Position numbers and translations under genes: made by a program. Positions 13,641 to 27,036 of a stretch of DNA of 64,000 nucleotides are shown piece after piece. The DNA comes from Eledone cirrhosa (lineage: Eukaryota): contig OZ024761.1 of the NCBI GenBank assembly GCA_964016885.1, forward strand, positions 16,554,001 through 16,618,000. Direction: 5' to 3'. The notes beneath the pieces are model-generated. The model was not told the DNA's origin. It saw only the letters and a list, made by a program, of their open reading frames with translations, and did no database searches. The stretch's first letter is position 1. Every line of letters begins with the position of its first letter.

Positions 13641-14249
13641 AAACAATATGCCCCCCCCCCCACCGCAAGGTGGTCGTGGAGGTGCCACGGCAAAAAAGCA
13701 CCCAGCCCACACTGTAAAGTGGACGTGTAGGCGCCACGAAAAAGCACCCAGCACTCACTGTAAATGAGGTTGGTGTTAGGAAGGGCATCCAGCTGTAGAA
13801 ATCAAGCCAGATCAGTTCCTGTATGAGCAAGGCATGGTCAGCCGACCAGACACTGCCCACAACAGGACAACCCGTCTAACCCATGCTAGCGTGGAAGAAC
13901 GGACGTAAAACGGTGATGATGATGATGATGATACCATCATCATCACCTTTTAATGTTCATTTTTCCATGCTAGCATGGGTTAGACGTGTTGCCGAATTCT
14001 GAGACAAGTTTGATCAGATGATTGTCTTGCACATATATATATAGTGTATATATATATATATATATATACGTTATTCCGGGTTGAATCGGAGGTAACCACA
14101 GTAAGTAAGGTACTCAATACATAGCAGAGTATAAAAGTTTTAATATAGAAGAGATTCTACAGGACTAGAACTGTTTCATTCATTAGAAATCATCAGGAAT
14201 CTCCTGATGATTTCTAATGAATGAAACAGTTCTAGTCCTGTAGAATCTC

Positions 14250-14296
<47 letters not shown>

Positions 14297-14368
14297 TATA
14301 TATATAGATATATACTATATATATATGTGTGTGTGTATGTGTGTACATATATATATACTGTATATACA

Positions 14369-14411
<43 letters not shown>

Positions 14412-14539
14412 AGTGTGACAGATGTAAGTACAAATTATATGTATGTCCATTTGAATGTGTGTCATGGAGAGGGGAAGGGGGTGAGGGAGATGGAGAGGAT
14501 AAGGATGAGATGTCACAGGAAGAAGAGAAAATGAGGAAG

Positions 14540-15355
14540 TGTGGTGGTGGCAGTGGTGGTGGTGGTGGTAGTGGTGGTGGTGATGGTTGAGGTGGTAGTG
14601 GTAGTGGTGGTGGTGATTGTTGAGCTGGTGGTGGAAGTTAGTGGTAGTGGTGGTGGTGGTGGTGGTGGTGGTAGTGGTGGTGGTGGTGGCGGTAGTGGTG
14701 GTGGCGGTAGTGGTGGTGTTGGTGGTTAGCTAGAACTACCATTCTCTGTAATTGTCACATCACCTCCACCAGAACCAACCACATACATAGCCACCACCAC
14801 CACCACCACCACCATCACCACTACCACCACCATAACACTACAATCACCACCACCACTACCACCATCACTACAATTACCACCACCACAACACTATAATCAC
14901 CACCACCATCACCACTACCACCACCACAACACTATAATCACCACCACCACCACCACTACCACTACCACCACCACCACTACCACCACCACCACTACCAACA
15001 CCACCACCACCACTACCACCACCTGCACCACCACCACCACTACCACCACTACCACCACCATGACACTATAATCACCACCACCACCACCACCACTACTACC
15101 ACCACCACTACCAACACCACCACCACCACTACCACCACCATGACACTATAATCACCACCACCACCATGACACTATAATCACCACCACCACTACTACCACC
15201 ACCACCACTATCACCACCACTACCACGACCACTACCACCACCTGCACCAGCACCACCACCACCACTACCACCAGCAGCACCACCACCACCACCACCACCA
15301 CTGTCACTACCCCCACCACCACCACCACCACCACCACCACCACCACCACCCCCAC
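14540..15355. repeat. (GGT)n tract facing an (ACC)n tract
   Basis: Direct reading. Confidence 0.9.
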
Positions 15356-15715
15356 TAAGCTATGTTTCTAAAAACTGATATTGTTATTGTCATGTGAAAT
15401 GTCATCTTAAATATCACACAGAAGCTGATCACACACACACACATATACAGATACTTACACACATATACAGATACTTACACACATATATATGCACCAACAC
15501 ACCTCACACTCACTGCTGCCACCACCACCACCACTACAACCATCACCACTGCCACCTCCATCACTGACCTCCAACCTCATCAGGTCACATCTTTTATGCC
15601 ATAACCAACACCACCACCATCATCATCATATATATATATCTATAAATGTATATATATATCTATGGAGGCACATGACTTAGCTTAGTGGTTAGAGCATAGG
15701 CCTTGCAGTCGAAAG

Positions 15716-15932
15716 GTTGTGTGCGAGAAAGGAGACTGCGGTGGTATGGACATGTGATGCGCATGGAGGATGACCGATGGGTGAAGAAGTGCCAGGAAAT
15801 GCCAGTTGAAGGAAAACGTGATAGAGGTAGACCACAAAAAACATGGGCGGAGGTGGTAAGAACAGACCTCAGATCGCTGAAGCTCACAGTGGAGATGACG
15901 AAGGACCGTGACACATGGAGAAATGCTGTGCT
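15716..15932 (+). mobile_element. RTE-clade LINE 3' fragment fused to a SINE head
   Basis: VRERRLRWYGHVMRMEDDRWVKKC...RGRPQKTWAEVVRTDL. Confidence 0.85.
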
Positions 15933-17213
15933 GAATATATATATATATATTTCATTTCATTTCATTTTACGTCCGATTTTTCCCTGCTTGCAATGGTGGA
16001 ACGGGAACTGATTCTGGCTTGATTTCTACAGCTGGATGCCCTTCCTAACACCAACCTCATTTACAGTGAATGCTGGGTGCTTTTTTGCCTCCACGACCAC
16101 TTTGCAGTGGGATGATAGGGACCCCAGTCCCTATCATCTCATTTCTACAGCAGAGTAAACTGGAGCAATGTGAAATAAAGTGTCTTGCTCAAGTACACAA
16201 CACATCACCCGGTCTGAGAATTGAACTCACAACCTTTCGATTGCAAGACCAATGCTTATATATACTTACATATATATATATATATATATTTTGGAATACC
16301 ACAAGCTTACGTGTTACGTAAGTTGGATTGATGATTTCGGATTCATAGAAACATATCAGACGTATTGCAGAATATTGTTCAATCTGTCCAGGTCTGTTTT
16401 AACCTAATTAGTTCTTTCGTTGTTTTGGTATTGTATGGTTGGGTTTTGCCTAACACAATTTTCAATTTGTCAAGCTATTTAAACGTATGTTATTACTCTA
16501 AGGACCGGTGAATTGGCAGTATCGGTAGAGGGTTGGACGCCATGCTTTCTAGCATAGTTACGTCCCTTTACGATCTGAGTTCAAATCCTGCCGAGGTTAA
16601 CTTTGCCTTTCATCCTTACGGGGTCGATAAAATAAAGTACCAGTAATGTACTGGGTAATTGCTGGCCTTGTGCCTAAAGTAGAAACAATTACTCTAAGGA
16701 CTGGTGAATTGGCAGTATCGGTAGAGGGTTGGACGCCATGCTTTCTAGCATAGTTACGTCCCTTTACGATCTGAGTTCAAATCCTGCCGAGGTTAACTTT
16801 GCCTTTCATCCTTACGGGGGTCGATAAAATAAAGTACCAGTAATGTACTGGGTAATTGCTGGCCTTGTGCCTAAAGTAGAAACAGTTATTACTCTAAGGA
16901 CCTACCCTTATTGAGTGCTTTGCTACTCATTCCTTATTGTAGGTCGACTTTGCTAGGCCACAGCCAAAGCTTCGATTTTACTAAGCTTCCACTTGTATAT
17001 ATATATATATATATATATCTATATATATATATATATATATCTATATATATATATATATATATCTATATATATATTAGAAAGTGAGGTTTTTTTTACAAAA
17101 TGAAAAATAACCGAGGTGTCCTACACGAGTGGAAGTATAAAGAAAAAGGGATGAAATCGAAAATGCAACTGAAGTCTTATTTTTTTTAAAAATATATATA
17201 TATTTATTTGGTT

Positions 17214-17251
17214 CCTTTACCAGTTTCGCAGTTCTTCTGCTTTTCAAAAGG
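17214..17251 (-). ncRNA. Inverted second copy of the same hammerhead fold
   Basis: Reverse complement is identical except ACTGGT for ACCGGT (CpG decay); it forms part of the other arm of a long inverted repeat. Confidence 0.65.
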
Positions 17252-17443
17252 TGAGTTGAGATGGAGGGTCTGTGGTTTTTCTCACATCTGTTTTATATGG
17301 AAAAAGTGGCTCGAAAACCAGGTTTTTCGAGAAGTAATTTGATTGGTTTGTCAATAATTATAATAAATTTCGCGCCAGTTCGCGTTACAATAGTTCTTCA
17401 AATAAGAGAGGGAGAAAAACCACAGACCCTCCATCTCAACTCA

Positions 17444-17481
17444 CCTTTTGAAAAGCAGAAGAACTGCGAAACCGGTAAAGG
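17444..17481 (+). ncRNA. Minimal type I hammerhead ribozyme fold (U3:A8 core variant)
   Basis: CCTT-TTGAAAA-GCAG aagaa CTGC-GAAAC CG GTA-AAGG: stem I CCTT/AAGG, stem II GCAG/CTGC, palindromic stem III ACCGGT, GUA cleavage triplet. Confidence 0.75.
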
Positions 17482-17550
17482 AACCAAATAAATATATATA
17501 TTTTTTTTTAAAATAAGACTTCAGTTGCATTTTCGATTTCATCCCTTTTT

Positions 17551-17612
<62 letters not shown>

Positions 17613-17689
17613 AGTGTTTTACACTAATGATATGGATAGGCTGGGGTCAACAACTGGACATCAAAGAATAGATTCCACTCCTGTAGACC

Positions 17690-20110
17690 ACAACCACAAT
17701 CACCACAACCACTACCACTACTACAACCACCAATACTACAACTGCAACAACCACCACCACCCCCCACAAACACCATCACCACCACCACTGCCACCATCAC
17801 CACAACCACCACCACCCATATCCTAATCCCCCGCCCCCATCACCCCACCACCACCACCACCATCATCACCCCACCACCATCGCCCCACCACCACCACCAT
17901 CATCATCACCTCACCACCACCCCACCACGACCACCCCACCACACCACCACCACCATTATCATCAGCACTACCACCACCACCACCACCATTATCATCAGCA
18001 CCACCACCACCCCACCACCATCACCCCACCACCATCACCCCACCACCACCACCACTTCAGTTAACAATCTATGCATATAAGTTATGATTTCTCTACTCCC
18101 ACCACCACCACCACCACCACCACCACCACCACCACCCCACCACCACCACCACCCTGCCACTAGTCACGCACCACTGAACAAAAGAAACACACTAACTGAA
18201 CTGTGTATGTGAGTGTATGTATGTATATTATTATGTGTGTGTGTATGTGTGTATATGTATGTATGTATGTGTGTGTGTGTATGTATGTGAGTCTGTATAT
18301 GTGTATGTATCTATGTATCTGTGTATGTGTATGCACCTATACACTTTCTCTGTATCTATTCCACCCACACCCACAACCATACCACCACCACCACCACCAC
18401 CATCACCACCACCACCACCATCAGCAGCATTATTACCACCAGCACCGCCATCACCATCACTACTACAAACCTTAACACTACAACCACATACCACCACCAC
18501 CACCACCGTGCCATCACCACCACCACCACCACCGTCCCATCACCACCACCATCACCATCACTAACATGACCATCACCACCACCATCACCACCATCCCATC
18601 ACCACCACCATCACCACCACCAAACCACCACCACCACCATCCCATCACCACCACCATCACCATCACCATCACTAAACCACCACCACCACCACCACCACCA
18701 TCACCACCACCACCACCATCACCACCACCATCCCATCACCACCACCATCACTACCACCACTACCACCATCACTATCACCACTACAAGCATCAGCAAACCA
18801 TCACCACCACCATCACTATCACCACCACCATCACCATCACTATCACCAAACCACCACCACCACCATCACCAAACCACCACCACCACTATCACCATCCCAT
18901 CACCACCACCATCACCAAACCACCACCATCACCACCACCACCATCACCACCACCATCACTACCACCACCATCACCATCACTCTCACCACTACAAGCATCA
19001 CCACTACAACCACAACAAACCACCACCGCCACCAGCACCATCACCACCACCACTAATACAACCCCTAGTTAGTAGTGTCACCATCACAGCATAGCCTTAC
19101 CTCCACCATTGCCACAATACAAACAATAACAACAACAATACTAACAACAATACTAACAACAACAGTAACAACAACAACAACAGCAATAACAACAACAACA
19201 GCAATAACAACAACAACAGTAACAACAACAATACTAACAACAATACTAACAACAACAGTAACAACAACAACAACAACAACAGCAATAACAACAACAACAA
19301 TAACAACAACAACAGTAACAACAACAACTATAACAGTAACAACAACAACAGCAATAACAACAACAGTAACAACAACAGTAGCAACAACAACAACAACAAC
19401 AGCAATAACAACAACAGTAACAACAACAGTAGCAACAACAACAATAACAACAACAGTAACAACAACAACAACAGTAACAACAACAACAACAGCAATAACA
19501 ACAACAACAGTAACAACAACAATAGTAACACCAACAACAACAACAGCAATAACAACAACAGTAGCAACAACAACAATAACAACAACAGTAACAACAACAG
19601 TAACAACAACAACAGCAATAACAACAACAACAGTAACAACAATAGTAACACCAACAACAACAACAGTACCAACAACAATAGTAACAACAACAGCAATAAC
19701 AACAACAGTAACAACAACAACAGTAACAACAACAACAGTAACAACAACAGTAGCAACAACAACAATAACAACAACAGTAACAACAACAACAGCAATAACA
19801 ACAACAGTAACAACAACAATAGTAACAACAACAATAGTAACACCAACAACAGTAACAACAACAACAGTAACAACAACAATAGTAACAACAACAGCAATAA
19901 CAACAACAGTAACAACAACAACAGCAATAACAACAACAGTAACAACAACAACAGTAACAACAACAACAGTAACAACAACAATAGTAACAACAACAGCAAT
20001 AACAACAACAGTAATAACAACAACAGTAACAACAACAATACCAACACCAATAACAACAACAACAATACCAACAACAACAACAATACCAACAACAACAATA
20101 ACAACAAAAT
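17690..20110. repeat. Compound (CCA)n/(CAT)n then (ACA)n microsatellites
   Basis: Direct reading; (ACA)n runs 19115-20105. Confidence 0.95.
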
Positions 20111-20801
20111 CAAATGCATTTTGTATCAAATCAAATAAAATTAAAAATCAAATAAAATCCTAAATTTTAATTAGATTAATTAAAATAATTAAAAAATGAA
20201 ATTGCATTCTATTGCTTTCTCTCTCTCTTTTCTTCCTCTCTCTTCCCCCTCTTTCTTTTTTCTCTCCCCTTTGCCCCTTTCTTTCTCTCTTACTCACTAT
20301 CTCCCTCTCACATTCCTGCTCTCTCACTCACTCTCTCCTTTCTTTCTCTCTCTCTCACTCATTCTGGTTTTGCTTTCTTCCTTTCCTCCTTCCTCTCTCA
20401 TACACACACACACACACACACACACACAGCTACACACAATCACACAGTCTCACACACACACACACACACACACAGCTACACACAATTACACAGTCTCACA
20501 CACACACACACACAGCTACACACAATCACACAGTCTCACACACACACACAGCTACACACAGTCTCACACACACACACAGCTACACACAATCACACAGTCT
20601 CACACACACACACACTGTATTCTTTCCTTCCATTCTAGAAACTGAAACAACCAAGCTTTCTCTCTCTCACTCACTCTCTCTGTGTTGAGTTAAAAGTACA
20701 CCTAACTTCACTGATATTGCTGTTGTTGTTGTTGTTGTTTAACCCAAGGTCAGCCACTGCCACCACCACTACCACCATCACCACATTGATCTGATCAGAT
20801 G

Positions 20802-22065
20802 GAGCTGACCTCACTGTTATTGTTGCTTAACCCTAGGTCAGCCATCACCAGTACCATCGCCAAACTGTACTGATCAGATCGAGCTGACCTCACTGTTATT
20901 GTTGCTTAACCCTAGGTCAGCCATCACCAGTACCATCGCCAAACTGTACTGATCAGATCGAGCTGACCTCACTGTTATTGTTGCTTAACCCTAGGTCAGC
21001 CATCACCAGTACCATCGCCAAACTGTACTGATCAGATCGAGCTGACCTCACTGTTATTGTTGCTTAACCCTAGGTCAGCCATCACCAGTACCATCGCCAA
21101 ACTGTACTGATCAGATCGAGCTGACCTCACTGTTATTGTTGCTTAACCCTAGGTCAGCCATCACCAGTACCATCGCCAAACTGTACTGATCAGATCGAGC
21201 TGACCTCACTGTTATTGTTGCTTAACCCTAGGTCAGCCATCACCAGTACCATCGCCAAACTGTACTGATCAGATCGAGCTGACCTCACTGTTATTGTTGC
21301 TTAACCCTAGGTCAGCCATCACCAGTACCATCGCCAAACTGTACTGATCAGATCGAGCTGACCTCACTGTTATTGTTGCTTAACCCTAGGTCAGCCATCA
21401 CCAGTACCATCGCCAAACTGATCTGATCAGATCGAGCTGACCTCACTGTTATTGTTGCTTAACCCTAGGTCAGCCATCACCAGTACCATCGCCAAACTGT
21501 ACTGATCAGATCGAGCTGACCTCACTGTTATTGTTGCTTAACCCTAGGTCAGCCATCACCAGTACCATCGCCAAACTGATCTGATCAGATCGAGCTGACC
21601 TCACTGTTATTGTTGCTTAACCCTAGGTCAGCCATCACCAGTACCATCGCCAAACTGTACTGATCAGATCGAGCTGACCTCACTGTTATTGTTGCTTAAC
21701 CCTAGGTCAGCCATCACCAGTACCATCGCCAAACTGATCTGATCAGATCGAGCTGACCTCACTGTTATTGTTGCTTAACCCTAGGTCAGCCATCACCAGT
21801 ACCATCGCCAAACTGTACTGATCAGATCGAGCTGACCTCACTGTTATTGTTGCTTAACCCTAGGTCAGCCATCACCAGTACCATCGCCAAACTGTACTGA
21901 TCAGATCGAGCTGACCTCACTGTTATTGTTGCTTAACCCTAGGTCAGCCATCACCAGTACCATCGCCAAACTGTACTGATCAGATCGAGCTGACCTCACT
22001 GTTATTGTTGCTTAACCCTAGGTCAGCCATCACCAGTACCATCACCACATTGATCTGATCAGATC
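20802..22065. repeat. 79-bp tandem satellite, 16 near-identical units with degenerate flanks (about 20720-22400)
   Basis: Unit GAGCTGACCTCACTGTTATTGTTGCTTAACCCTAGGTCAGCCATCACCAGTACCATCGCCAAACTGTACTGATCAGATC; period counted from 20881 to 20960. Confidence 0.97.
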
Positions 22066-23384
22066 GAGCTGACCTCACGGTTATTGTTGCTTAACCCTAG
22101 GTCAGACACCATTACCACAACCACCACCACCACACTGATTTGAATAGCTGACTTCACTGTTGTCAGACACCAACACCATACTGATCTGATCCAGCTCACC
22201 TCACTGTTGTTGTTTAACCCTAGGTCAGCCACTACCACCACCACCACATTGATTTGATCAGATCCAGATGACCTCACTGCTGTTGCTGTTGTCATTTAAC
22301 CCTAGGTTAGACACTATTACCACCACCACCACCAACACCACACTGATCTGATATGATCCAGATGACCTTACAGAAATTGTTGCTGTTTAACCCTAGGTCA
22401 GCACATGAAGAAACCCCCCCCCCCACACACACACACACACTCTCTCATCCAACTGACTTATAATCAAAAAACATCCCAGCCATGACCATCTCCTTTAGAG
22501 TATGGAACAGACAATTGAGTGTATCCAGGTTTAGAGTAGATAAACCCCTGTGTTTTGTAAGAAGTGACTATAAAACATTGCCTCAAAATGTTCCATCCAA
22601 CCCATATACATCATCATCATCGTCATCATTTAATGTCCATTTTCCACGCTAGCATGGGTAGCACGGGTTGTCCCGTTGTGAGAGATCCAATTCAAAGGAC
22701 CATGATTCGCTCACACAGAACTAATTTTGGCTTGGTTTCTATGGCTGGATGCCCTTCCTAACGCCAGCCACATTTATATATATGTTCAGTAAAAGTTGTT
22801 TTGGAAAAAAAAACAGGAGTAAGCAGAAGAAAGCTCCCTACATTCGTAGTGTGGAGATTCAATATAAAGAAGAAGGACATTTTTTTTTTTGGCATTTTTC
22901 ATCTGAAGATACCATTCCCATACCAACAACAAATGCATGCATTACATCATGGATTGCATAAGAGAACCATTGAAATAATTATAATGAATAAATGATTTAT
23001 GTAATATCAGCATTTTTTTAATGTTATTCTTATATATGTGCATGAGTGTGTATCTATATAACTATAATATATATAACTATATATATATAATCTATATATA
23101 TATAGGAAAAAGAATGACCCCGACGGCAGAGCTCAGGCCGTTTCGACGGCTATTTCTGGACTAGTCCAGAAATAGCCGTCGAAGTATTGAGTACTCTGGT
23201 GCGTTATGGTCCATCTGGTTCCTTACCACAATTCCTTCGTTATATATATATATTGAGAGGGGTGTTATGTCATGGATAGAAAGGGTTATAGATAGAAAGT
23301 GATAAGGAGGCAGATGTGTATATACAGAGAGATAGAATGCTATACAGTGAGGATAGAGTGATAGAGACAGATAGATAGATAGAT

Positions 23385-24871
23385 ATGTTTCTTTATTAGC
23401 CACAGGGGCACAAAAGAAGGGGACAAATACAAAGGGGGAAGTTTACATACAATAAAAACGTGTAAAATGTTATCACAAATGCAATTTAAAAAATTAGTCG
23501 ATTTTCCCCCAATAGGGGGAGACAGTTTATATGAGTAACACATACCCCCGATAAAATGTGCAACCCTCATCTCCAAGAGTACGAAGAGTTTATACTCCTT
23601 TCCTCTCCTCCTCCTTTTCCTCAACCTACAGGCTGATATAGAGAGAAGGCCCATTCACTCGGGCCATTGTTGCCACTTTCACCCACCTTTCATAAAACTT
23701 GCTGGGGTACAGCACCTCTCTCTCCATCCTGATTCTTCTTCCAAATAGATAGATAGATAGATAGAGAGACAAATAGATATATTTCTTTATTTGCCACAAG
23801 GACGCACAAGAAAAGGGGACAATACAAGGACACATGCCAGGGATTTTACATACAGTCGTGTAGATAGACAGGCAGATAGATAGACAAATATACATACAGG
23901 CAGGCAGACAGAGAGACAGGCAGATAGATAGATAAACAGGTATATAGACTGATAGATAAATAGATAGGTAAATAGATAGATATGTTTCTTTATCAGCCAC
24001 AGGGGCACAAAAGAAGGGGACAAAACAAAGGGGGAAGTTTACATACAATAAAAACGTGTAAAATACTATCACAAATGCAATTTAAAAATTAATCAATTTT
24101 CCCCAATAAGGGGGAGACATTACATATGGGTAACACATACCCCCGATAAAATGTGCAACCCTCATCTCCAGGAGTACGAAGAGTGAGTACCCCTTTCCTT
24201 TCTTCCTCTTTTTGCTCAACCTACAGGCTGATATAGAGAGAAGGCCCATTCACTAGGTAGATAGATAGATAGATAGACAAGCAAACAGAGAGATAAACAG
24301 ACAGTGAGACAGACAGACAGATAGACAAATAGATATATTTCTTTATTAGCCACAAGGGCGCACAAGAAAAGGGGACAATACAAAGACATGCCGGGGATTT
24401 TACATACAGTGGTGTAAAAAATATAAAAACAAACAATTATAACAATCGAAATCCCCAGTAGGGGGGAGGGGGGAGACGCCACAAATGGGTTGTTTAATAC
24501 CCCGTCGATAGAACAACCCTCAACTCCAGGAGCGTGTTGTGCAAGTGCTCCTTTCTTCCTTTTGCTCTCTTCTTTAACCTACAGGCTTATAAACAGAGAA
24601 GGCCCAATCACTCGGGCCATTTTCGCTTCATTCACCCACCTTTCAGTAAATTTACTGGGGTGCAGTGCCTCTCTCTCCACCCTGATTCTCCTTCTGAAGT
24701 GATACTTAAAGAAGGCAATCAATTGTTGTCCGGAGAGAAAGGCATCTGTCCTCAGTCCTCTCAACCTCGTCCACCATATAACTTCTTTCACCATAGCCAC
24801 CGTACAGAGGAAAACCCACCTCTCAGATAGATATGTTTCTTTATTAGCCACAGGGGCACAAAAGAAGGGGA
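23385..24871 (-). mobile_element. Cluster of five 5'-truncated copies (two subfamilies) of the same Tx1-like LINE, separated by GATA/GACA tracts
   Basis: Copies begin on + near 23385, 23779, 23982, 24335 and 24832 with the same 3' terminus and variable 5' truncation. Confidence 0.72.
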
Positions 24872-26350
24872 TAGATAGATAGATAGATAGATGGGGAGAG
24901 AGAGAGAGAGGGGTAGATAGAGTGAGAGAAAGTGTGTGTTACTTGTTCCATCTTGAAGTTATTGTTGATGTTGTTGTTGTCTGCCAGTTTATTAAGTAAA
25001 GATTACTTCATCATGTTTACACAAGAGGGGTGGGGTGGTGGCCCCACCCTGCCTGCTCTATTCCTTTAATTGGGTGGGGTAGGGTGTGGGGCAGGGTGGT
25101 GGTGGTGGAAGGGTATATAATCCCTTCTTGCTACATGCCATGAGTTAGAAGGCATGGGGGGGGGGGGCTATATACATCCTCCCTGCCCTGTCCCATGAGG
25201 TTTTTAGAGGGGGCAGGGTAAAATGCCTCCCATGTCATCCCACTGCCACTTCAAACTTCACTGCCCTCCCTCTTCTTTAGCATTACTTTCAGTACCACCA
25301 TCACCACCACCATGACCTCACTACCAACACCATCACCACCTTCCTACCAACATCACCACACCACATCACTACCAACACTACCACCACCACCTCACTACCA
25401 ACACCACCACTACCACCACCTCACTACTACCACTGCCACCACCACACTACCACCACCAACCTCCCTACCAACAGTACCACCATCACTACTACAACCTAAC
25501 TGCCAACACCATCACTGCCACCTCCACCATCACTACTACTACCTCCCTACCACCAATCTGCTACCCTCTCACTAATATTATAAACACACCACCATTATTA
25601 CTACCACTGCCCCCCCCCCCTACCACCACCACCACCACCACTACCAATTTATCACTAAATTTCACACTGCTTTCTTATCTTTTACTTAGCACACACATAC
25701 ACACATACGCACACATACGCACACACACACACATACACAGACACACAAATAGACACAAACAGACACAGACACACACATAGACACAAACACAGACACACAC
25801 GCATAGACACAAACACACAGACACAAATAGACACAAACACACACACACACAAACACAAACACACAGACACAAACACACAAATACACAGACACACACAAAT
25901 AGACACAAACACATGCACACACACACACACATATAGACACACACAAATAGACACAGACACAAACACACACACAAATAGACACACACACACACACACACAA
26001 ATAGACACAAACATATAGACACAAACACACACAAATAGACACAAACACACACAAATAGACACACAAACATATAGACACAAACACACACACACACAAATAG
26101 CCACAAACACAAACACACACACATACACACATATACACAGACACACACATAGACACAAACACACACACACAAATAGACACAAACACATGCACACACACAC
26201 ATACACAGACACACACAAATAGACACAAACACACACAGACACACACAAATAGACACAAACACACACAGACACACACTTAGATACAAACACACACATACAC
26301 ACAAGCACACACACAAATAGACACAAACACACTCACACAAACAGACACAA

Positions 26351-26416
<66 letters not shown>

Positions 26417-26418
<2 letters not shown>

Positions 26419-26695
26419 TGGTGGTGGTGTGGGATATTGTTGGTGGTGGTGGTGGTGTGGGATATTGTTGGTGTGGGTGGTGGTGTGGGATATTGTTGGT
26501 GGTGGTGGTAGTGTGGGATATTAGTGGTGGTGTTGGTGGTGGTGGTGGTGTGGGATATTAGTGGTGGTGTTGGTGTGGGTGGTGGGTGTATGTGTGGGAT
26601 GCTTTTGATGGTGTAGGTGGGGTGGGTATGTGTGGTTCTGAGGCAAGACAGGAATTAATGGAGGTGGTGGTGGGGTAGCAGGTGTTGAGGTAGAT

Positions 26696-26757
<62 letters not shown>

Positions 26758-27036
26758 ATCTACCTCAACACCTGCTACCCCACCACCACCTCCATTAATT
26801 CCTGTCTTGCCTCAGAACCACACATACCCACCCCACCTACACCATCAAAAGCATCCCACACATACACCCACCACCCACACCAACACCACCACTAATATCC
26901 CACACCACCACCACCACCAACACCACCACTAATATCCCACACTACCACCACCACCAACAATATCCCACACCACCACCCACACCAACAATATCCCACACCA
27001 CCACCACCACCAACAATATCCCACACCACCACCACC
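26417..27036. repeat. Apparently perfect ~284-bp inverted duplication centred on (AT)n
   Basis: 26417-26700 is the reverse complement of 26753-27036; the spacer and the left boundary are (AT)n. Confidence 0.9.

Larger units (their letters stand above)
17136..17557. mobile_element. Fold-back element with ~148-bp inverted arms, each carrying a hammerhead; putative non-autonomous Penelope-like element
   Basis: Arms 17136-17283 and 17412-17557; (TA)n on both sides. Confidence 0.65.

Noticed and set aside
5015-20163. Long poly-T/V/I/L/DG ORFs (e.g. 5015-5765, 9892-11073, 19065-20163)
   Set aside because: Translations of trinucleotide microsatellites that are open in several frames, with no splice or domain support.
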